Position numbers and translations under genes: made by a program. From a bacterium (GTDB taxonomy: Bacteria > Eisenbacteria > RBG-16-71-46), in NCBI GenBank assembly GCA_043779265.1, contig JAYWEM010000084.1, positions 3,768 through 67,767 of the forward strand: a stretch of DNA of 64,000 bases, given 5' to 3'. Each line of letters begins with the position of its first letter. The stretch's first letter is position 1. Under the pieces are notes generated by a model that did not search any database, was not told where the DNA came from, and saw only the letters and a program-made list of their open reading frames with translations. This document shows positions 18,736 to 29,427 of the stretch, one piece after another.

Positions 18736-18875
18736 GTGGCCGAGCAGACGCGCCCGCCGCGTCCCACATCGCGACGAAGTCGTCATGATCTGACCACGCT
18801 CAGAACTTCGCGTTGCAAGGTGTCACGCATCCGCTGTGCTACCGTCCGCATCGGAATGTGCGGAGGTATCCGGAC

Positions 18876-21485
18876 ATGAACTTCGATCGCTACACCATCA
18901 AGTCACGTGAAGCGGTGGACCGAGCGCAGCGCCTGGCGCGCGAACGCGGTCACCAGCAGCTCGAACCCGAGCACCTGCTGACCTCCCTCCTCGCCGAGAG
19001 CGAAGGGACCGTACTGGCCCTGTTCCAGAAGCTGGGCGCCCCTCGTGCCGACCTCCTGCGTGCCGTCGGCGCCGCGATCGAGCGGCTGCCGCGCGTCAGT
19101 GGCGCCTCGGGGCTCTATATGTCGAATGCGCTGCGCGAGGTGTTCGAGCGCGCGGATGCGCACGCCGAACGGCTCAAGGACGAGTTCATCAGTGTCGAGC
19201 ATCTGCTCGTCGCGCTGGCCGACCCGGCCCATGCGAATGGCGCCCAGCGTGTGCTCGCTCAGTCAGGTGTGACCGCCGAGGCGATCCTCTCGGCACTTCA
19301 GACGGTTCGAGGAGGCCAGCGAGTGACGGACGAGAGTCCCGAGGACAAGTACCAGGCCCTCTCCAAGTACGGTCGCGACCTGACGGCGGCTGCTCGCGCC
19401 GGCAAGCTCGACCCGGTGATCGGGCGTGACGATGAGATCCGCCGCGTGGTCCAGGTATTGGCGCGCCGGACCAAGAACAATCCCGTGCTGATCGGTGATC
19501 CGGGTGTGGGCAAGACCGCGATCGTCGAAGGCTTGGCGCAGCGCATCATCAGTGGTGACGTGCCGGAGTCGCTCAAGGACAAGCGCGTCATGGCACTCGA
19601 TCTGGGAGCGCTGATCGCCGGCTCCAAGTTCCGAGGTGAGTTCGAGGATCGGCTCAAGGCTGTGCTCAAGGAGGTCATCGATGCCGAGAACCGCATCGTC
19701 CTCTTCATCGATGAGCTGCACACGCTCGTTGGCGCTGGTGGCGCCGAAGGGGCTGTCGATGCCAGCAATCTGCTCAAGCCGGCGCTGGCGCGCGGCGAGC
19801 TGCACTGTGTCGGGGCGACGACGCTCGACGAGTATCGCAAATATATCGAGAAGGATGCCGCGCTCGAGCGGCGCTTCCAGCCGGTCGTCGTGGGGGAGCC
19901 CAGCGTCGAAGACGCCATCGCCATCCTGCGCGGGCTCAAGGAGCGCTACGAAGTGCACCACGGCATCCGCATCAAGGACTCGGCGCTGGTCGCGGCGGCG
20001 ACGCTGTCGGACCGCTACATCGCCGACCGCAAGCTGCCGGACAAGGCGATCGATCTGATCGACGAGGCGGCCTCACGGCTGCGCATGGAGATCGACTCGA
20101 TGCCGGTCGAACTCGATGAGATCGCACGTCGCGTGCGGCAACTCGAGATCGAGCGCATCGGGCTCGCCAAGGAGACGGACAAGGCGACGCAGGACCGCCT
20201 CGCTCGCCTGGACGATGAGTTGAAGCGGCTCAAAGCGGACAAGGCCAAACTCGACGAGCATTGGCAGAAGGAACGCACGTCGATCACCCGCATCAGCGAA
20301 CTGAAGGCGCAGCGCGAGACGCTCAAGACCGACGAGGCGCGCGCCGAGCGCGCCGGGGACCTCGAGCGTGTCGCCCGCATCCGGAACAACGACCTGCTCC
20401 TGCTCCAGCGCGAGCTCGAACAGCAGAGCGCGCGTCTCGCCGTGATCCAGACGCAGCAGAAGATGCTCAAGGAGGAGGTCGACGAGGAGGACGTCGCCGA
20501 GGTCGTCGCCAAGTGGACCGGCGTGCCGGTCACGCGACTGCTCGAGAGCGAGGTGCAGAAGCTGCTCCGCATGGAGGAGCGCCTGCACGACCGCGTCGTC
20601 GGTCAGGCCGAGGCCGTGCGCGTCGTCTCGGAGGCTGTGCGCCGGTCGCGCGCGGGTCTGCAGGACGCGAAGCGGCCGATCGGGTCGTTCCTCTTCCTCG
20701 GACCGACCGGGGTCGGCAAGACGGAGTTGGCGCGCGCCCTCGCGGAGTTCCTGTTCGATGACGAGCGCGCGATGATCCGACTCGACATGAGCGAGTACCT
20801 GGAGAAGCACTCGGTGGCGCGGATGATCGGTGCGCCTCCCGGGTACGTCGGCTACGAGGAGGGCGGCGCGCTCACCGAGTCGGTGAGGCGCAAGCCGTAC
20901 TCCGTCGTGCTCCTCGATGAGGTCGAGAAGGCGCATGTCGAGGTGCTGAATGTGTTGCTGCAGTTGCTCGACGATGGTCGGTTGACCGACGGGCAGGGGC
21001 GCACCGTGGATTTCCGCAACACCCTCGTCATCATGACGTCGAATCTCGGTTCGGACGCCATCCTCGAACTGGTGGAGCGCGATCGAGCCGAGATGGAAGC
21101 CCTGGTGCAGCGTGCGCTGCGCGAGCACTTCCGGCCCGAGTTCCTCAACCGACTCGATGAGATCGTGACGTTCCACCCGCTGAGTCGGGCCGACATCCGC
21201 CGCATCGTCGACCTCCAGGTCGAGCACCTCCGCATCCTGCTCGCCGAACGCGAGATCGGGCTGGTGCTCTCGGACGCGGCCAGCGACACGCTGGGCGACG
21301 AGGGCTACGATCCGCAGTTCGGCGCCCGGCCACTCAAGCGAGTCATCCAGCGCCGATTGCAGAACCCGCTCGCGATGAAGCTGCTGGCGGGCGAGTTCAA
21401 GGCGGGCGAGGTCGTCGAAGTGGGGATCGCGGATGGTGGCTACACCTTCCGCGTCGCCCGACCTGAGCCTGCGGGCGTCTCATGA
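18876..21485 (+). CDS. clpB: ATP-dependent chaperone ClpB
   Basis: Clp N-domain ([18 protein letters not shown]), two AAA+ modules ([10 protein letters not shown]; [11 protein letters not shown]) and the coiled-coil M-domain. GGAGG lies 9 nt upstream of the ATG at 18876. Confidence 0.9.
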   Translation: MNFDRYTIKSREAVDRAQRLARERGHQQLEPEHLLTSLLAESEGTVLALFQKLGAPRADLLRAVGAAIERLPRVSGASGLYMSNALREVFERADAHAERLKDEFISVEHLLVALADPAHANGAQRVLAQSGVTAEAILSALQTVRGGQRVTDESPEDKYQALSKYGRDLTAAARAGKLDPVIGRDDEIRRVVQVLARRTKNNPVLIGDPGVGKTAIVEGLAQRIISGDVPESLKDKRVMALDLGALIAGSKFRGEFEDRLKAVLKEVIDAENRIVLFIDELHTLVGAGGAEGAVDASNLLKPALARGELHCVGATTLDEYRKYIEKDAALERRFQPVVVGEPSVEDAIAILRGLKERYEVHHGIRIKDSALVAAATLSDRYIADRKLPDKAIDLIDEAASRLRMEIDSMPVELDEIARRVRQLEIERIGLAKETDKATQDRLARLDDELKRLKADKAKLDEHWQKERTSITRISELKAQRETLKTDEARAERAGDLERVARIRNNDLLLLQRELEQQSARLAVIQTQQKMLKEEVDEEDVAEVVAKWTGVPVTRLLESEVQKLLRMEERLHDRVVGQAEAVRVVSEAVRRSRAGLQDAKRPIGSFLFLGPTGVGKTELARALAEFLFDDERAMIRLDMSEYLEKHSVARMIGAPPGYVGYEEGGALTESVRRKPYSVVLLDEVEKAHVEVLNVLLQLLDDGRLTDGQGRTVDFRNTLVIMTSNLGSDAILELVERDRAEMEALVQRALREHFRPEFLNRLDEIVTFHPLSRADIRRIVDLQVEHLRILLAEREIGLVLSDAASDTLGDEGYDPQFGARPLKRVIQRRLQNPLAMKLLAGEFKAGEVVEVGIADGGYTFRVARPEPAGVS

Positions 21486-21546
21486 TCGAGGGGGCTGTGT
21501 GAGTCAGAGGGGCGGAGTCGATGCACGCAGCAAGCTGGGCCGTGCC

Positions 21547-21744
21547 ATGTTCTCGCTGGTGGATGCCTCGCGGAAGCTCTCGGTCGACACGCGCACGCGG
21601 GTGGTCCGCGTGCGCAATGCCATCGAAGCCAATCCCGACGACGCGCTCACCCGGTTCTCGGTGCGAAGCGATCTCGACGTGCTGGGACGCGATCCCAAGC
21701 TGAATTCGATTGTGCGCATGCTGTGGAAGGCGATGGCGAGCTGA
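21547..21744 (+). CDS. small hypothetical protein (65 aa)
   Basis: Short ORF downstream of clpB (MFSLVDASRKLSVDTRTRVVRVRNAIEANPDDALTRF...). There is no family evidence and it may be non-coding. Confidence 0.25.
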   Translation: MFSLVDASRKLSVDTRTRVVRVRNAIEANPDDALTRFSVRSDLDVLGRDPKLNSIVRMLWKAMAS

Positions 21745-21750
21745 TCGCGA

Positions 21751-22962
21751 TCAGTCGCGGGCGAGGTCCTCGGCGCGAACGAAGTCCCGATGTTTGCCGC
21801 GACCGCGCCGCTCGAATCGCACGACCTCGATCAGCTCGACGTCGATGCCCAGCACTTCACGGACCTCGGCGACCAGCCGGGGCCGCCACTCGGCCGACCA
21901 CGCTGGCCCGGTCAACACGCGCAGCTCGATCCGCCCCTCGGGGAACTGGACGAACTGGTACTCGCGGATGCGGCCGTCGCGCCCGTGGGACTTGAAGACG
22001 TACGAGGGCTGATTGGCGTTGATGCGGCGACCATCGGGAAGCGTCAGTGTGTCGCCCGCGCGGCCCGAGACACGGCCCAGAAGCGGCAGCGCGCAGCGAG
22101 CGCCTGGAGGGAGCGGCCAGAAGTCGGGCGCGGTCGGATCTCCGATGGGCTCCACGAGATCGCCGACGCGATAGCGCAACATCGGCATGCGCAGGTTGTT
22201 CAGATCGGTGAGCAGGAGCGCCCAGTGCCCATCCTCGGTGCGCTCATGGTCGACCACTACGGACTCCACCGGGACGCGCATGCCGCCCTCGGGATGTTCG
22301 AAGCCGGCCACGCCGATCTCGGCACAGCCGTAGCTGTCGGCGACCGGACAACCGAACGCGGCGTGGATGCGCTCGCGTTGCGAGTCATGCAGAACCTCGG
22401 CGCTGGTGATCACCACACGCCAATCGAGCGAGCGTCCATCGAGACCCTGGGCGAGCACTTCGTCGGCGAACTGCGTGATCGCCGAGGGGTATCCGAACGC
22501 GAAGCGGACTCGGTTCGAGGACAGGCGCGTGTGCGCTTGACGCGCCCGTTCCGGGTCCATCGTGAACGCGGAGACGCGTACACGATTGAAGAAGCGGTCC
22601 TTGCGTTCGGCGACCGCGCGATCCTCGCTGGCGAGCGGGACGCCCCAGAAATACGCGTAAGGATCGCCGCAGTCGACGCCCCACCAATGCCAGCCGCGGA
22701 ACACCTGTGCATGCGCGTGCGCCCACGACAAGTGGCCGCGCTCGACCGCGACCGGTGTGCCCGAGGATCCGGAGGTCGCCGCCTTGAGACCCGCAGGGGC
22801 GGACTCCGAGAGCAATCGCTTCGCCGAGGTCTGAACCTCGGGCTTGCCGATCGACGGCAGCGCCCGCCAATCCTCCCACGACCGGATCGCGCCGGGCTCG
22901 ATGCCCAGTGCTCGCCAACTCTCGCGATAAAAGGGAACCGCGGCGGCGCAGTGGCGTATCAA
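21751..22962 (-). CDS. phenylacetate-CoA ligase-like adenylate-forming enzyme (PaaK / CapK / F390-synthetase family)
   Basis: AMP-binding core (SSGTPVAVERGH...) and a PaaK-like C-terminal domain. The conserved N-terminal region (YYGAQRWRGEAVDAVLRDIERTQTWDAERLRKLQWQRLQTL) lies upstream of the only candidate start (TTG), and no ATG or GTG occurs before an in-frame TAG. Confidence 0.7.
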   Translation of the reverse strand: MIRHCAAAVPFYRESWRALGIEPGAIRSWEDWRALPSIGKPEVQTSAKRLLSESAPAGLKAATSGSSGTPVAVERGHLSWAHAHAQVFRGWHWWGVDCGDPYAYFWGVPLASEDRAVAERKDRFFNRVRVSAFTMDPERARQAHTRLSSNRVRFAFGYPSAITQFADEVLAQGLDGRSLDWRVVITSAEVLHDSQRERIHAAFGCPVADSYGCAEIGVAGFEHPEGGMRVPVESVVVDHERTEDGHWALLLTDLNNLRMPMLRYRVGDLVEPIGDPTAPDFWPLPPGARCALPLLGRVSGRAGDTLTLPDGRRINANQPSYVFKSHGRDGRIREYQFVQFPEGRIELRVLTGPAWSAEWRPRLVAEVREVLGIDVELIEVVRFERRGRGKHRDFVRAEDLARD

Positions 22963-23465
22963 CGTCTGGAGGCGCTGCCACTGGAGCTTCCGGAGCCGCT
23001 CGGCATCCCAGGTCTGTGTCCGCTCGATGTCACGCAGGACGGCATCGACCGCTTCGCCGCGCCACCTCTGGGCACCGTAGTAAGCGAGTCTGTGGAGGAG
23101 AGGGATCAGGGAGGGCCTCGTGACGGGATCCGAGTGGCGCGGGTCCGGACGTTCCGCGCACGCTGCACACTACATCGGCCGGAGAGAGCGGGCAGTTGAA
23201 GCGCCAGCGCCTTGTTCGAGCGGTCCGTGGGAACGGGTGGCGGCTTGGAGCGAGGTGTTGCAGACTGCAAGCTGATTCCGGGCCCGGCCAGCCATCCGGC
23301 ACGCCGGCCCGTTCCGAGTGAGTGCCCTGGCCGGGCGTGAACCCTTGAAAACACAGCATCGTGAGCATCCGGACGCATATCCGGCTTTTGGCATGTGGAC
23401 TGCATGCCGACAACGGGCTCAGTCGACCCGACAGCTCTGCGCCCATCGACTCCGGGGAAGGTGAC

Positions 23466-25307
23466 ATGCCATTCCGGCAGCCTCTTGCGACAATCGCGAC
23501 TCTCCTGCTGCTGCTCGTCGTGGCATCGCCCGCGGCAGCGGCCACCTACTACGTGACGTCCACGGGTTCGTCCTCCAACCCGGGCACTCAGGGCTCGCCG
23601 TGGTCGATCTCGAAGGCGCTCACCACGGCTATCGCCGGGGACGTCATCCTGATCGCGGATGGCTCGTACACGGGTGACATGCGCCCCACCAACTCGGGCA
23701 ACTCGGGTGCGCGCATCTCGTTCATCGGAAACCTGGCGACGCCGACCAACGTTTCGTTCTCGGGGCACATCAACCTGACCGCCCGGTCGTACATCAGCGT
23801 CAAGGGCATCGCGGCGGTCGATCTGACGATGGATGCCACGTCCTCGACGGTTCGGCCCGAGCAGGACTCCGTCCTCTTCTGTCGCGCGACCGGCAGTCTG
23901 AACATGAGCGGTGCGCTGCGCTCCCACGTCGCCAACTGCACCATCGGCGCGATCACGGGCCAGCACCGTTGGTTCCTGGGGCCGAGTCCGATCCGCACGA
24001 CGCTCTGCACGTTCCGCAACAACACGATGTACTTCGGTGGAGTCATGGCGCAGCCGCACGCGGTCAAGTTCGATCGCCCGGTGGCCTGTGAGTTCACCGA
24101 CAACAAGGTGCTCGTGACGATGCCGGCGGGCGCGGTCGACGTGCATGGCCGCATCCAGTACGGCGTCCAGCACAGCCTGTTCCGCGGCAACAAGTGGATG
24201 CTCGACAACAAGACGGGGTACACGAACTACATCTTCGTGCAGCGCGACTCGTGCCGGTTCAACACGTATGAGCGCGACACCGTCATCGAGCTGGCCACGA
24301 GCAACGCCCCCGCCTACATCCGATTCGCGACCTCCGGGAGCTTTCCGGGAACGAACGGCTGGAACAAGTTCATCAACTGCTTCTTCAAGGCGAACACGAC
24401 GCTGGACTATCAGAACGACGTCCGCGGCGACGAGTGGTACGGCAGCACGCTGGTCAGTACCGGTCGCGCGATGGACTTCAGCCCATTGTTCTCGTTCGCC
24501 GACAGCGTGACGTTCCGTCACTGCACGTTCTACTCCTCATCGAGTTCGGGCATCACGATGGAGATGATGAAGAACACGAATCTCCGCTTCGTGAGCAATG
24601 TCGTGTACACGCGCGGAACGTTCTGTCCCGGGACGTTCATGCCGACCAGTGCCATCTCGGACAGCAACCTGTTCTTCCAGGCGGGCGGTTCATCGGGCAA
24701 CGTGATCGGCACATCCGGCGGCGCCTGCGGGCCGGTCGGTGCCGGTTCGGCTTGGTGCATCAATAATTCGGATGAGTGCCGCAGTAAGTGGGGAAGTCCG
24801 GCGTTCCTCGACTCGAGCTATGCCTCGTTCGATCCGTCACCGCGTGCGAACTCGCAGGCGCTTGGATCGTTCTGGAAGGCTGGCTACGTGGGAGCGCACC
24901 CTTTCGCAGGCGGGGCCACCGACGTGACGCCTCCAGGCCCCGTCGCTGATCTCGGCGTCTCGCAGCCTGCCGCACAGAGCCTGCTCGTCTCCTGGACCGC
25001 TCCCGGCGACGATGGCTCGACTGGCACGGCGACGATCTACGACCTCCGCCGCTCGACGTCGCTGATCACCTCGGCGAACTTCAACTCGGCCGCTGCCGTC
25101 GCTCCGCAGCCCTCACCCGCGGCCTCGGGCACGCCACAGAGTTTCGTGGCGCTGAATCTGACGGGCGGAACGACCTACTACTTCGCCATCAAGGCGAGGG
25201 ACGAGGCGGGCAACTGGTCGGTGATGAGTAACGTGGCCAGCGCTACGACGCTCGCGGACACGACTCCGCCCGCGGCGATCCAGGATCTGGGCGCCACTTC
25301 GCCCTAG
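23466..25307 (+). CDS. secreted right-handed beta-helix protein (pectin-lyase-fold-like) with a C-terminal fibronectin-III-like domain
   Basis: Signal peptide MPFRQPLATIATLLLLLVVASPAAAA. A TYYVTSTGSSSNPGT...AGDVILIADGSYTG start is typical of parallel beta-helix proteins. The C-terminus (SWTAPGDDGSTGTATIYDLRRS...TTYYFAIKARDEAGNWS) is FN3-like. GGAAGG RBS. Confidence 0.7.
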   Translation: MPFRQPLATIATLLLLLVVASPAAAATYYVTSTGSSSNPGTQGSPWSISKALTTAIAGDVILIADGSYTGDMRPTNSGNSGARISFIGNLATPTNVSFSGHINLTARSYISVKGIAAVDLTMDATSSTVRPEQDSVLFCRATGSLNMSGALRSHVANCTIGAITGQHRWFLGPSPIRTTLCTFRNNTMYFGGVMAQPHAVKFDRPVACEFTDNKVLVTMPAGAVDVHGRIQYGVQHSLFRGNKWMLDNKTGYTNYIFVQRDSCRFNTYERDTVIELATSNAPAYIRFATSGSFPGTNGWNKFINCFFKANTTLDYQNDVRGDEWYGSTLVSTGRAMDFSPLFSFADSVTFRHCTFYSSSSSGITMEMMKNTNLRFVSNVVYTRGTFCPGTFMPTSAISDSNLFFQAGGSSGNVIGTSGGACGPVGAGSAWCINNSDECRSKWGSPAFLDSSYASFDPSPRANSQALGSFWKAGYVGAHPFAGGATDVTPPGPVADLGVSQPAAQSLLVSWTAPGDDGSTGTATIYDLRRSTSLITSANFNSAAAVAPQPSPAASGTPQSFVALNLTGGTTYYFAIKARDEAGNWSVMSNVASATTLADTTPPAAIQDLGATSP

Positions 25308-25360
25308 CGCTCGAGGGGGCGGGCGGCCGAGCCTCGCTGCCCCGCTCCAGAGTTGCTAGG

Positions 25361-26590
25361 GTGCGCCGGATGCGCACGTTCCGTTCCCCTTGGGTGATTG
25401 CCGTCCTGCTGCTCGTGCTCCGCGCGATCCTGCTCGCGGTGACCTCCGATGGAAGCCGTTCCCTGCACGGGGATGAGCCCGCCTACGACGATGTCGCCCG
25501 CTCCCTGCTGGCGGGTCATGGATTCCTCTACCACGGCGAACCGTGGATCTGGAAGCCGCCGCTGTGGCCTGCGGTCCTGGCCGGGATCCGATCTGTGTTC
25601 GGGGATTGCCTGCGGACCACCGTGCTGTTCCAGGGGCTCTTCGATGCGGGCTCCACGCTCCTCATTGGCCTCACGGCGCATCGCGTGGTCGGAGCGCGTG
25701 CTGCATGGATCACGATGGCGGTCGTGGCGTTGTGGCCTCCGTTCCTGCGCGAGAGCCGCCTGATCCAGACCGAGCCACTCTTCACACTCCTCGTGTCGCT
25801 GACGCTCTTCCTCTTCGTCCGCTACGTCCTTCGGCCGACGCACCGAGCGGCGCTCCTCCTCGGAGTGGGCGCGGGGTTGGCGGCGATGATCCGCCCCAAT
25901 GGACTCATGCCGCTCGCCGGCTTCCTGCTCGCGTGGTGGTTGCTGGATCGTCGCGCTCGCGCGCACGCGCTGACGCTCGTGTCCGTCGCGCTCGGGGTCC
26001 TTGTGGTCATCTCGCCGTGGACGATCCGGAACGCGAAGGTGTTCCACACTCTCATCCCGTTCTCCTCGGGCGGCGGCGATGTGTTCGCCATGGGGACGTC
26101 AGTGGCGGCCAACGGGCGCTGGCACCATGTGATCTGGGTCAACGAGCGCACGGCGCTCATCCGAGCCGAGGAGGATCGAGTCGGCCGAACGCTTGATGTG
26201 GTCGAGCGTGACCGTGCACTCCTGGTGATCGGGGCGAAGCGGTGGCTCGAGGCGCCCGGTGCTCAGCTCAGGCTCTGGGGGCTGCGATTGTGGCGGACCC
26301 TGGCGCTGCCGTTGGAGGGTACGAATGAATGGCTCCGCTTCGGATTCGCCGGATCGCTCTTCGCGATCTATGCGCTCGCCTTGTTGCGGCTGCGGCGGGG
26401 GGCAGGAGAGGGCGAGGATCGGGAGCGTTTGGTTCCGGTGCTCCTCCTGGCATTCTGCCTCTATGCGCTCATGCTCTCGATCGTCGCCTCGAGCTCGAGG
26501 TACGTGGAGCCGATGCGCCCGGTCCCGATGATGCTGGCCGTGAGTGCCGTGCTCGGGCTGTGGGCGACACGCGTGTCGCGCCGGAACTGA
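25361..26590 (+). CDS. membrane glycosyltransferase, family GT39/GT83-like (ArnT / PMT-type)
   Basis: Multi-pass membrane protein with an N-terminal DE..Y motif (HGDEPAYDDVARSLLAGHGF), as in dolichyl/undecaprenyl-phosphate sugar transferases. Confidence 0.65.
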   Translation: MRRMRTFRSPWVIAVLLLVLRAILLAVTSDGSRSLHGDEPAYDDVARSLLAGHGFLYHGEPWIWKPPLWPAVLAGIRSVFGDCLRTTVLFQGLFDAGSTLLIGLTAHRVVGARAAWITMAVVALWPPFLRESRLIQTEPLFTLLVSLTLFLFVRYVLRPTHRAALLLGVGAGLAAMIRPNGLMPLAGFLLAWWLLDRRARAHALTLVSVALGVLVVISPWTIRNAKVFHTLIPFSSGGGDVFAMGTSVAANGRWHHVIWVNERTALIRAEEDRVGRTLDVVERDRALLVIGAKRWLEAPGAQLRLWGLRLWRTLALPLEGTNEWLRFGFAGSLFAIYALALLRLRRGAGEGEDRERLVPVLLLAFCLYALMLSIVASSSRYVEPMRPVPMMLAVSAVLGLWATRVSRRN

Positions 26591-26612
26591 AGCGACTCGC
26601 CCTCGTCGACGC

Positions 26613-27968
26613 CTAGTGCAGGCCGAACTTCTTCCCGGCCACTGCGCCGTGGAAGACGATCTGGTTCTTCGGCGGGCGCTTGGCCTTGAGCAACGCGGTA
26701 TTCGCGGCGCGCCACAGATCGGACGGGTTGTCCGCATGATCCGGGAACATCGCGACGCCGATGCTCACGGTCACATGCACGCGGTGCGAGCGGCCATCCA
26801 GGCCCTCGAGGCGGATGGCGGTGCGCTCGACCGCGCTGCGCAGTCGCTCGCTGATCGCGAGCACGTCCTCCTCGATGACCGGAGGCGTGAGCAACACGGC
26901 GAACTCCTCGCCGCCCCAGCGCGCCACCGTATCGAATGGGCGGACACCGGCGCGGAGCGTGGAAGCCACCTGCACCAGAACCTGATTGCCTGCTTCATAC
27001 CCGAACGAGGTGTTGAACGACTTGAAGTCGTCGATGTCGCAGATCAGAAGAGCCAGTGAACTCTGCTCGCGCTGGGCTCGCGCGATCTCGTTGCGGATCT
27101 GAAGGTCGTAGTAGGAGCGATTGTAGGAGCCGGTCATCGGGTCGACGAAGACGAGCTTCTCGATCCGGTTGGCGCGCTCGAGTACGCCGCCGCAGAAGTC
27201 GGCGAGTAGGGCGATCATGGCGAGGTCGGTGGCGTCGAACGCGTGCGACTCCGGACTCCGCACTTCGATGTGGCCCAGGGCCTCCCCATCGGATCCGAGC
27301 ACGGCACAGGCCACGAGCGATTGAGCCCCGCGACGCCGGGATTCGCGAGTCAGCGCGCTGGAGCGCTCGGTGTCGGGGCAGGAGAACAGCATGCCGTGAT
27401 GCTGCAGCACGTCGCTGGCGAGGCCGGCATCGATGGGCGTTTCGCCACCCTCCTCGGGTGCATCGTCCTTCCCGAAGTAGGTGACCTCTCCCGAACCGAG
27501 CAGTTCGCGCCCCGCCTGTTCCAGCTGCGAGAGCAGCCCGGCGCGAGTCGTCCCGGTACGTGGGTCCGAGAAGATGAGCGGATCGTCGAGGCGGACCAAA
27601 CGCCGAACCTGATCCAAACGAGCCGGCGCCTGCATCGGCAGCGCACTTCGATTCTGAACGGTGACGCCGTCGCGAACCTGCGGGCCCGGCATCTGCAGTG
27701 TGATCACGTCGACCCGGCCCGGCGCCTGATAGCGGACCACGGGGGAGGCGGCGGTGAGCTCGGCCGGCAGCCGGCGCAAAATGCCCTGCTGCTCCAGCAT
27801 CTCGATGGCATGCAGCGCGGCATGCTCGACCTCGAGTGCGAGTCCGGATCGGAGCGCGCGCTGGACGCGATGACGGTCCACCGGGGAAAGCTGCTCGACC
27901 GGGAGCAGGCGCTCCAGAAGGTCACGGAAACCGATGTTCTTCTGCTTCATGGCAGTACGCGCCTCCAT
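26613..27968 (-). CDS. GAF-domain diguanylate cyclase (GGDEF)
   Basis: C-terminal GGDEF domain (RYGGEEF variant: ARWGGEEFAVLL) preceded by a GAF-like sensor region. I place the start at MEARTAMKQKN. Confidence 0.8.
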   Translation of the reverse strand: MEARTAMKQKNIGFRDLLERLLPVEQLSPVDRHRVQRALRSGLALEVEHAALHAIEMLEQQGILRRLPAELTAASPVVRYQAPGRVDVITLQMPGPQVRDGVTVQNRSALPMQAPARLDQVRRLVRLDDPLIFSDPRTGTTRAGLLSQLEQAGRELLGSGEVTYFGKDDAPEEGGETPIDAGLASDVLQHHGMLFSCPDTERSSALTRESRRRGAQSLVACAVLGSDGEALGHIEVRSPESHAFDATDLAMIALLADFCGGVLERANRIEKLVFVDPMTGSYNRSYYDLQIRNEIARAQREQSSLALLICDIDDFKSFNTSFGYEAGNQVLVQVASTLRAGVRPFDTVARWGGEEFAVLLTPPVIEEDVLAISERLRSAVERTAIRLEGLDGRSHRVHVTVSIGVAMFPDHADNPSDLWRAANTALLKAKRPPKNQIVFHGAVAGKKFGLH

Positions 27969-28258
27969 GCGTGTATGCCGTTTGCCGTCCGAGCGAACGT
28001 CGGTCACGGGGATGCCTCGGAGGATGTCATGCGAGGGGGGAGATGCATCCGACCATTCTGTGCCGAGCGAGTGTAGCACAGCAGAACTCGCGCTCGACGA
28101 GCAAGTCGATCGTCCGAACCGACGGCTCACCGGTCGAGTGTCACGGCTCGCCGCAGGGCTGTGGAGTTGTGGCCGAATCCCTTGACGCACTTCAGTCGCG
28201 TCGATAAGTTGCGACCGCTGGCCCACTTGCGCTCTATCTCGTCATCCCGAGGTTGTCG

Positions 28259-28729
28259 ATGCGGCTCTCCGAACTGCTCGTCCCGCAGGCCGTCACCACG
28301 CGGCTCGCCGCCCGAACCAAGCGCGAGGCCATCGCGGAGTTGGTGGACCGCCTCGAATCGGCGCACGGACTCTCGAGTCAGGGTGAGATCCTCGATCGCG
28401 TGCTGCGACGTGAGGCGATGATGAGCACGGGCATCGGCAATGGCATCGCCATCCCGCACGGCAAGGCCCGGCAGCTCGATCGCATGGTCGCCGCTTGTGG
28501 CGTCTCGCGAGAGGGCCTCGAGTTCGAGACGGTTGATGGCGAGCCGGCGACCCTGTTCGTGATGCTCGTGGCCCCCGAGAGTGCAGGCGCCCTCCATGTG
28601 AAGGTGCTCGCCAACATCTCCCGGCTCCTCAAGGAGGAGTCGGTGCGCCGCACGCTGCGCGAGTCGGGCTCGCCCGAGGAGTTCCTCTCGGCCTTGAGAG
28701 CTGCGGAAGCCGCACACATCCCCGGCTGA
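28259..28729 (+). CDS. ptsN: PTS EIIA-type-2 domain protein (nitrogen regulatory EIIA-Ntr-like)
   Basis: PTS_EIIA_2 fold with the phosphorylatable His region (IGNGIAIPHGK). Confidence 0.75.
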   Translation: MRLSELLVPQAVTTRLAARTKREAIAELVDRLESAHGLSSQGEILDRVLRREAMMSTGIGNGIAIPHGKARQLDRMVAACGVSREGLEFETVDGEPATLFVMLVAPESAGALHVKVLANISRLLKEESVRRTLRESGSPEEFLSALRAAEAAHIPG

Positions 28730-28773
28730 TCCGGTCGTCGGCCGTTCCTCGCCGCGTTTCCAGCGGAGGCTGC

Positions 28774-29427
28774 ATGCACCTGCTCGACGCTTGGTTGACG
28801 CTCCCACCCGGCGACCTGCTCCGGCTGCTCCTGATGCCCATTGCGGCGGCACTGGCAACGTTTCTGCCGGGGCGTCGGATCGCGCGCTGGGCTGCCGTGC
28901 TGATGGCCGTGGGCTCCCTCGGATCAGCTGAGATCGGTGGCTCCTGGCTCGTGCGGGCGGGGTGGGCCGGGCTTTGGGCAGGACTCGCCTGGTGGGTGGG
29001 GCGAGAAGGTGCGGACTCGGAGTTGCACGAACCGAAGCGAGAGCGCTTCGAGGCGTGGGTGCTCGGGTTCCCGCTCGGCATCGGCGTCCTGCTCCTGCTC
29101 CTGGCGGCACTTTCGCGTCAGGTGCTTCCTGACGACGCGTCGCGTTCGGCGCAGATCGGTGTCTCGCTCCTCGCACTCGGAATGCTCCATCTGCTGACCC
29201 GTCGTCACATCCGTCGGGCGGTGCTCGCCTTCGCGTTCATCGCGTTCGGAATCGAGGCGCTGAGTGCTGCCGTTCGCGCGATCGATGTCCTCCAGGAGGG
29301 CTCACCCTCGGGTGCGGCCCTCGCCGGCGCGTTCGTCGTGTTCGCGCTGCTCATCCGACTCACGCACGCTCGCGAATCGCTGGCTCGCGCTCCGCTCGTC
29401 TCCGACGCGCACGATCTGCACGACTGA
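28774..29427 (+). CDS. hypothetical polytopic membrane protein
   Basis: Strongly hydrophobic 217-aa ORF. It is the first of three tightly linked membrane-protein genes and shares a TGATG overlap with the next gene. Confidence 0.4.
   Translation: MHLLDAWLTLPPGDLLRLLLMPIAAALATFLPGRRIARWAAVLMAVGSLGSAEIGGSWLVRAGWAGLWAGLAWWVGREGADSELHEPKRERFEAWVLGFPLGIGVLLLLLAALSRQVLPDDASRSAQIGVSLLALGMLHLLTRRHIRRAVLAFAFIAFGIEALSAAVRAIDVLQEGSPSGAALAGAFVVFALLIRLTHARESLARAPLVSDAHDLHD

Noticed and set aside
18736-18875. CIRCE/HAIR heat-shock operator or sigma-32 promoter upstream of clpB
   Set aside because: No TTAGCACTC-N9-GAGTGCTAA or CTTGAGT-N7-ACTCAAG inverted repeat is present. A TTGCAAG hexamer exists, but without a convincing CCCCATNT -10 it remains unsupported.
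21790-23199. 469-aa plus-strand ORF over the PaaK-like gene
   Set aside because: Antisense of a gene with a clear AMP-binding signature. It has no motifs of its own.
25304-26047. Minus-strand ORF antisense to the GT39 glycosyltransferase
   Set aside because: Charged, low-complexity translation (RRDDHKDPERD…). The sense strand encodes a coherent polytopic membrane protein.
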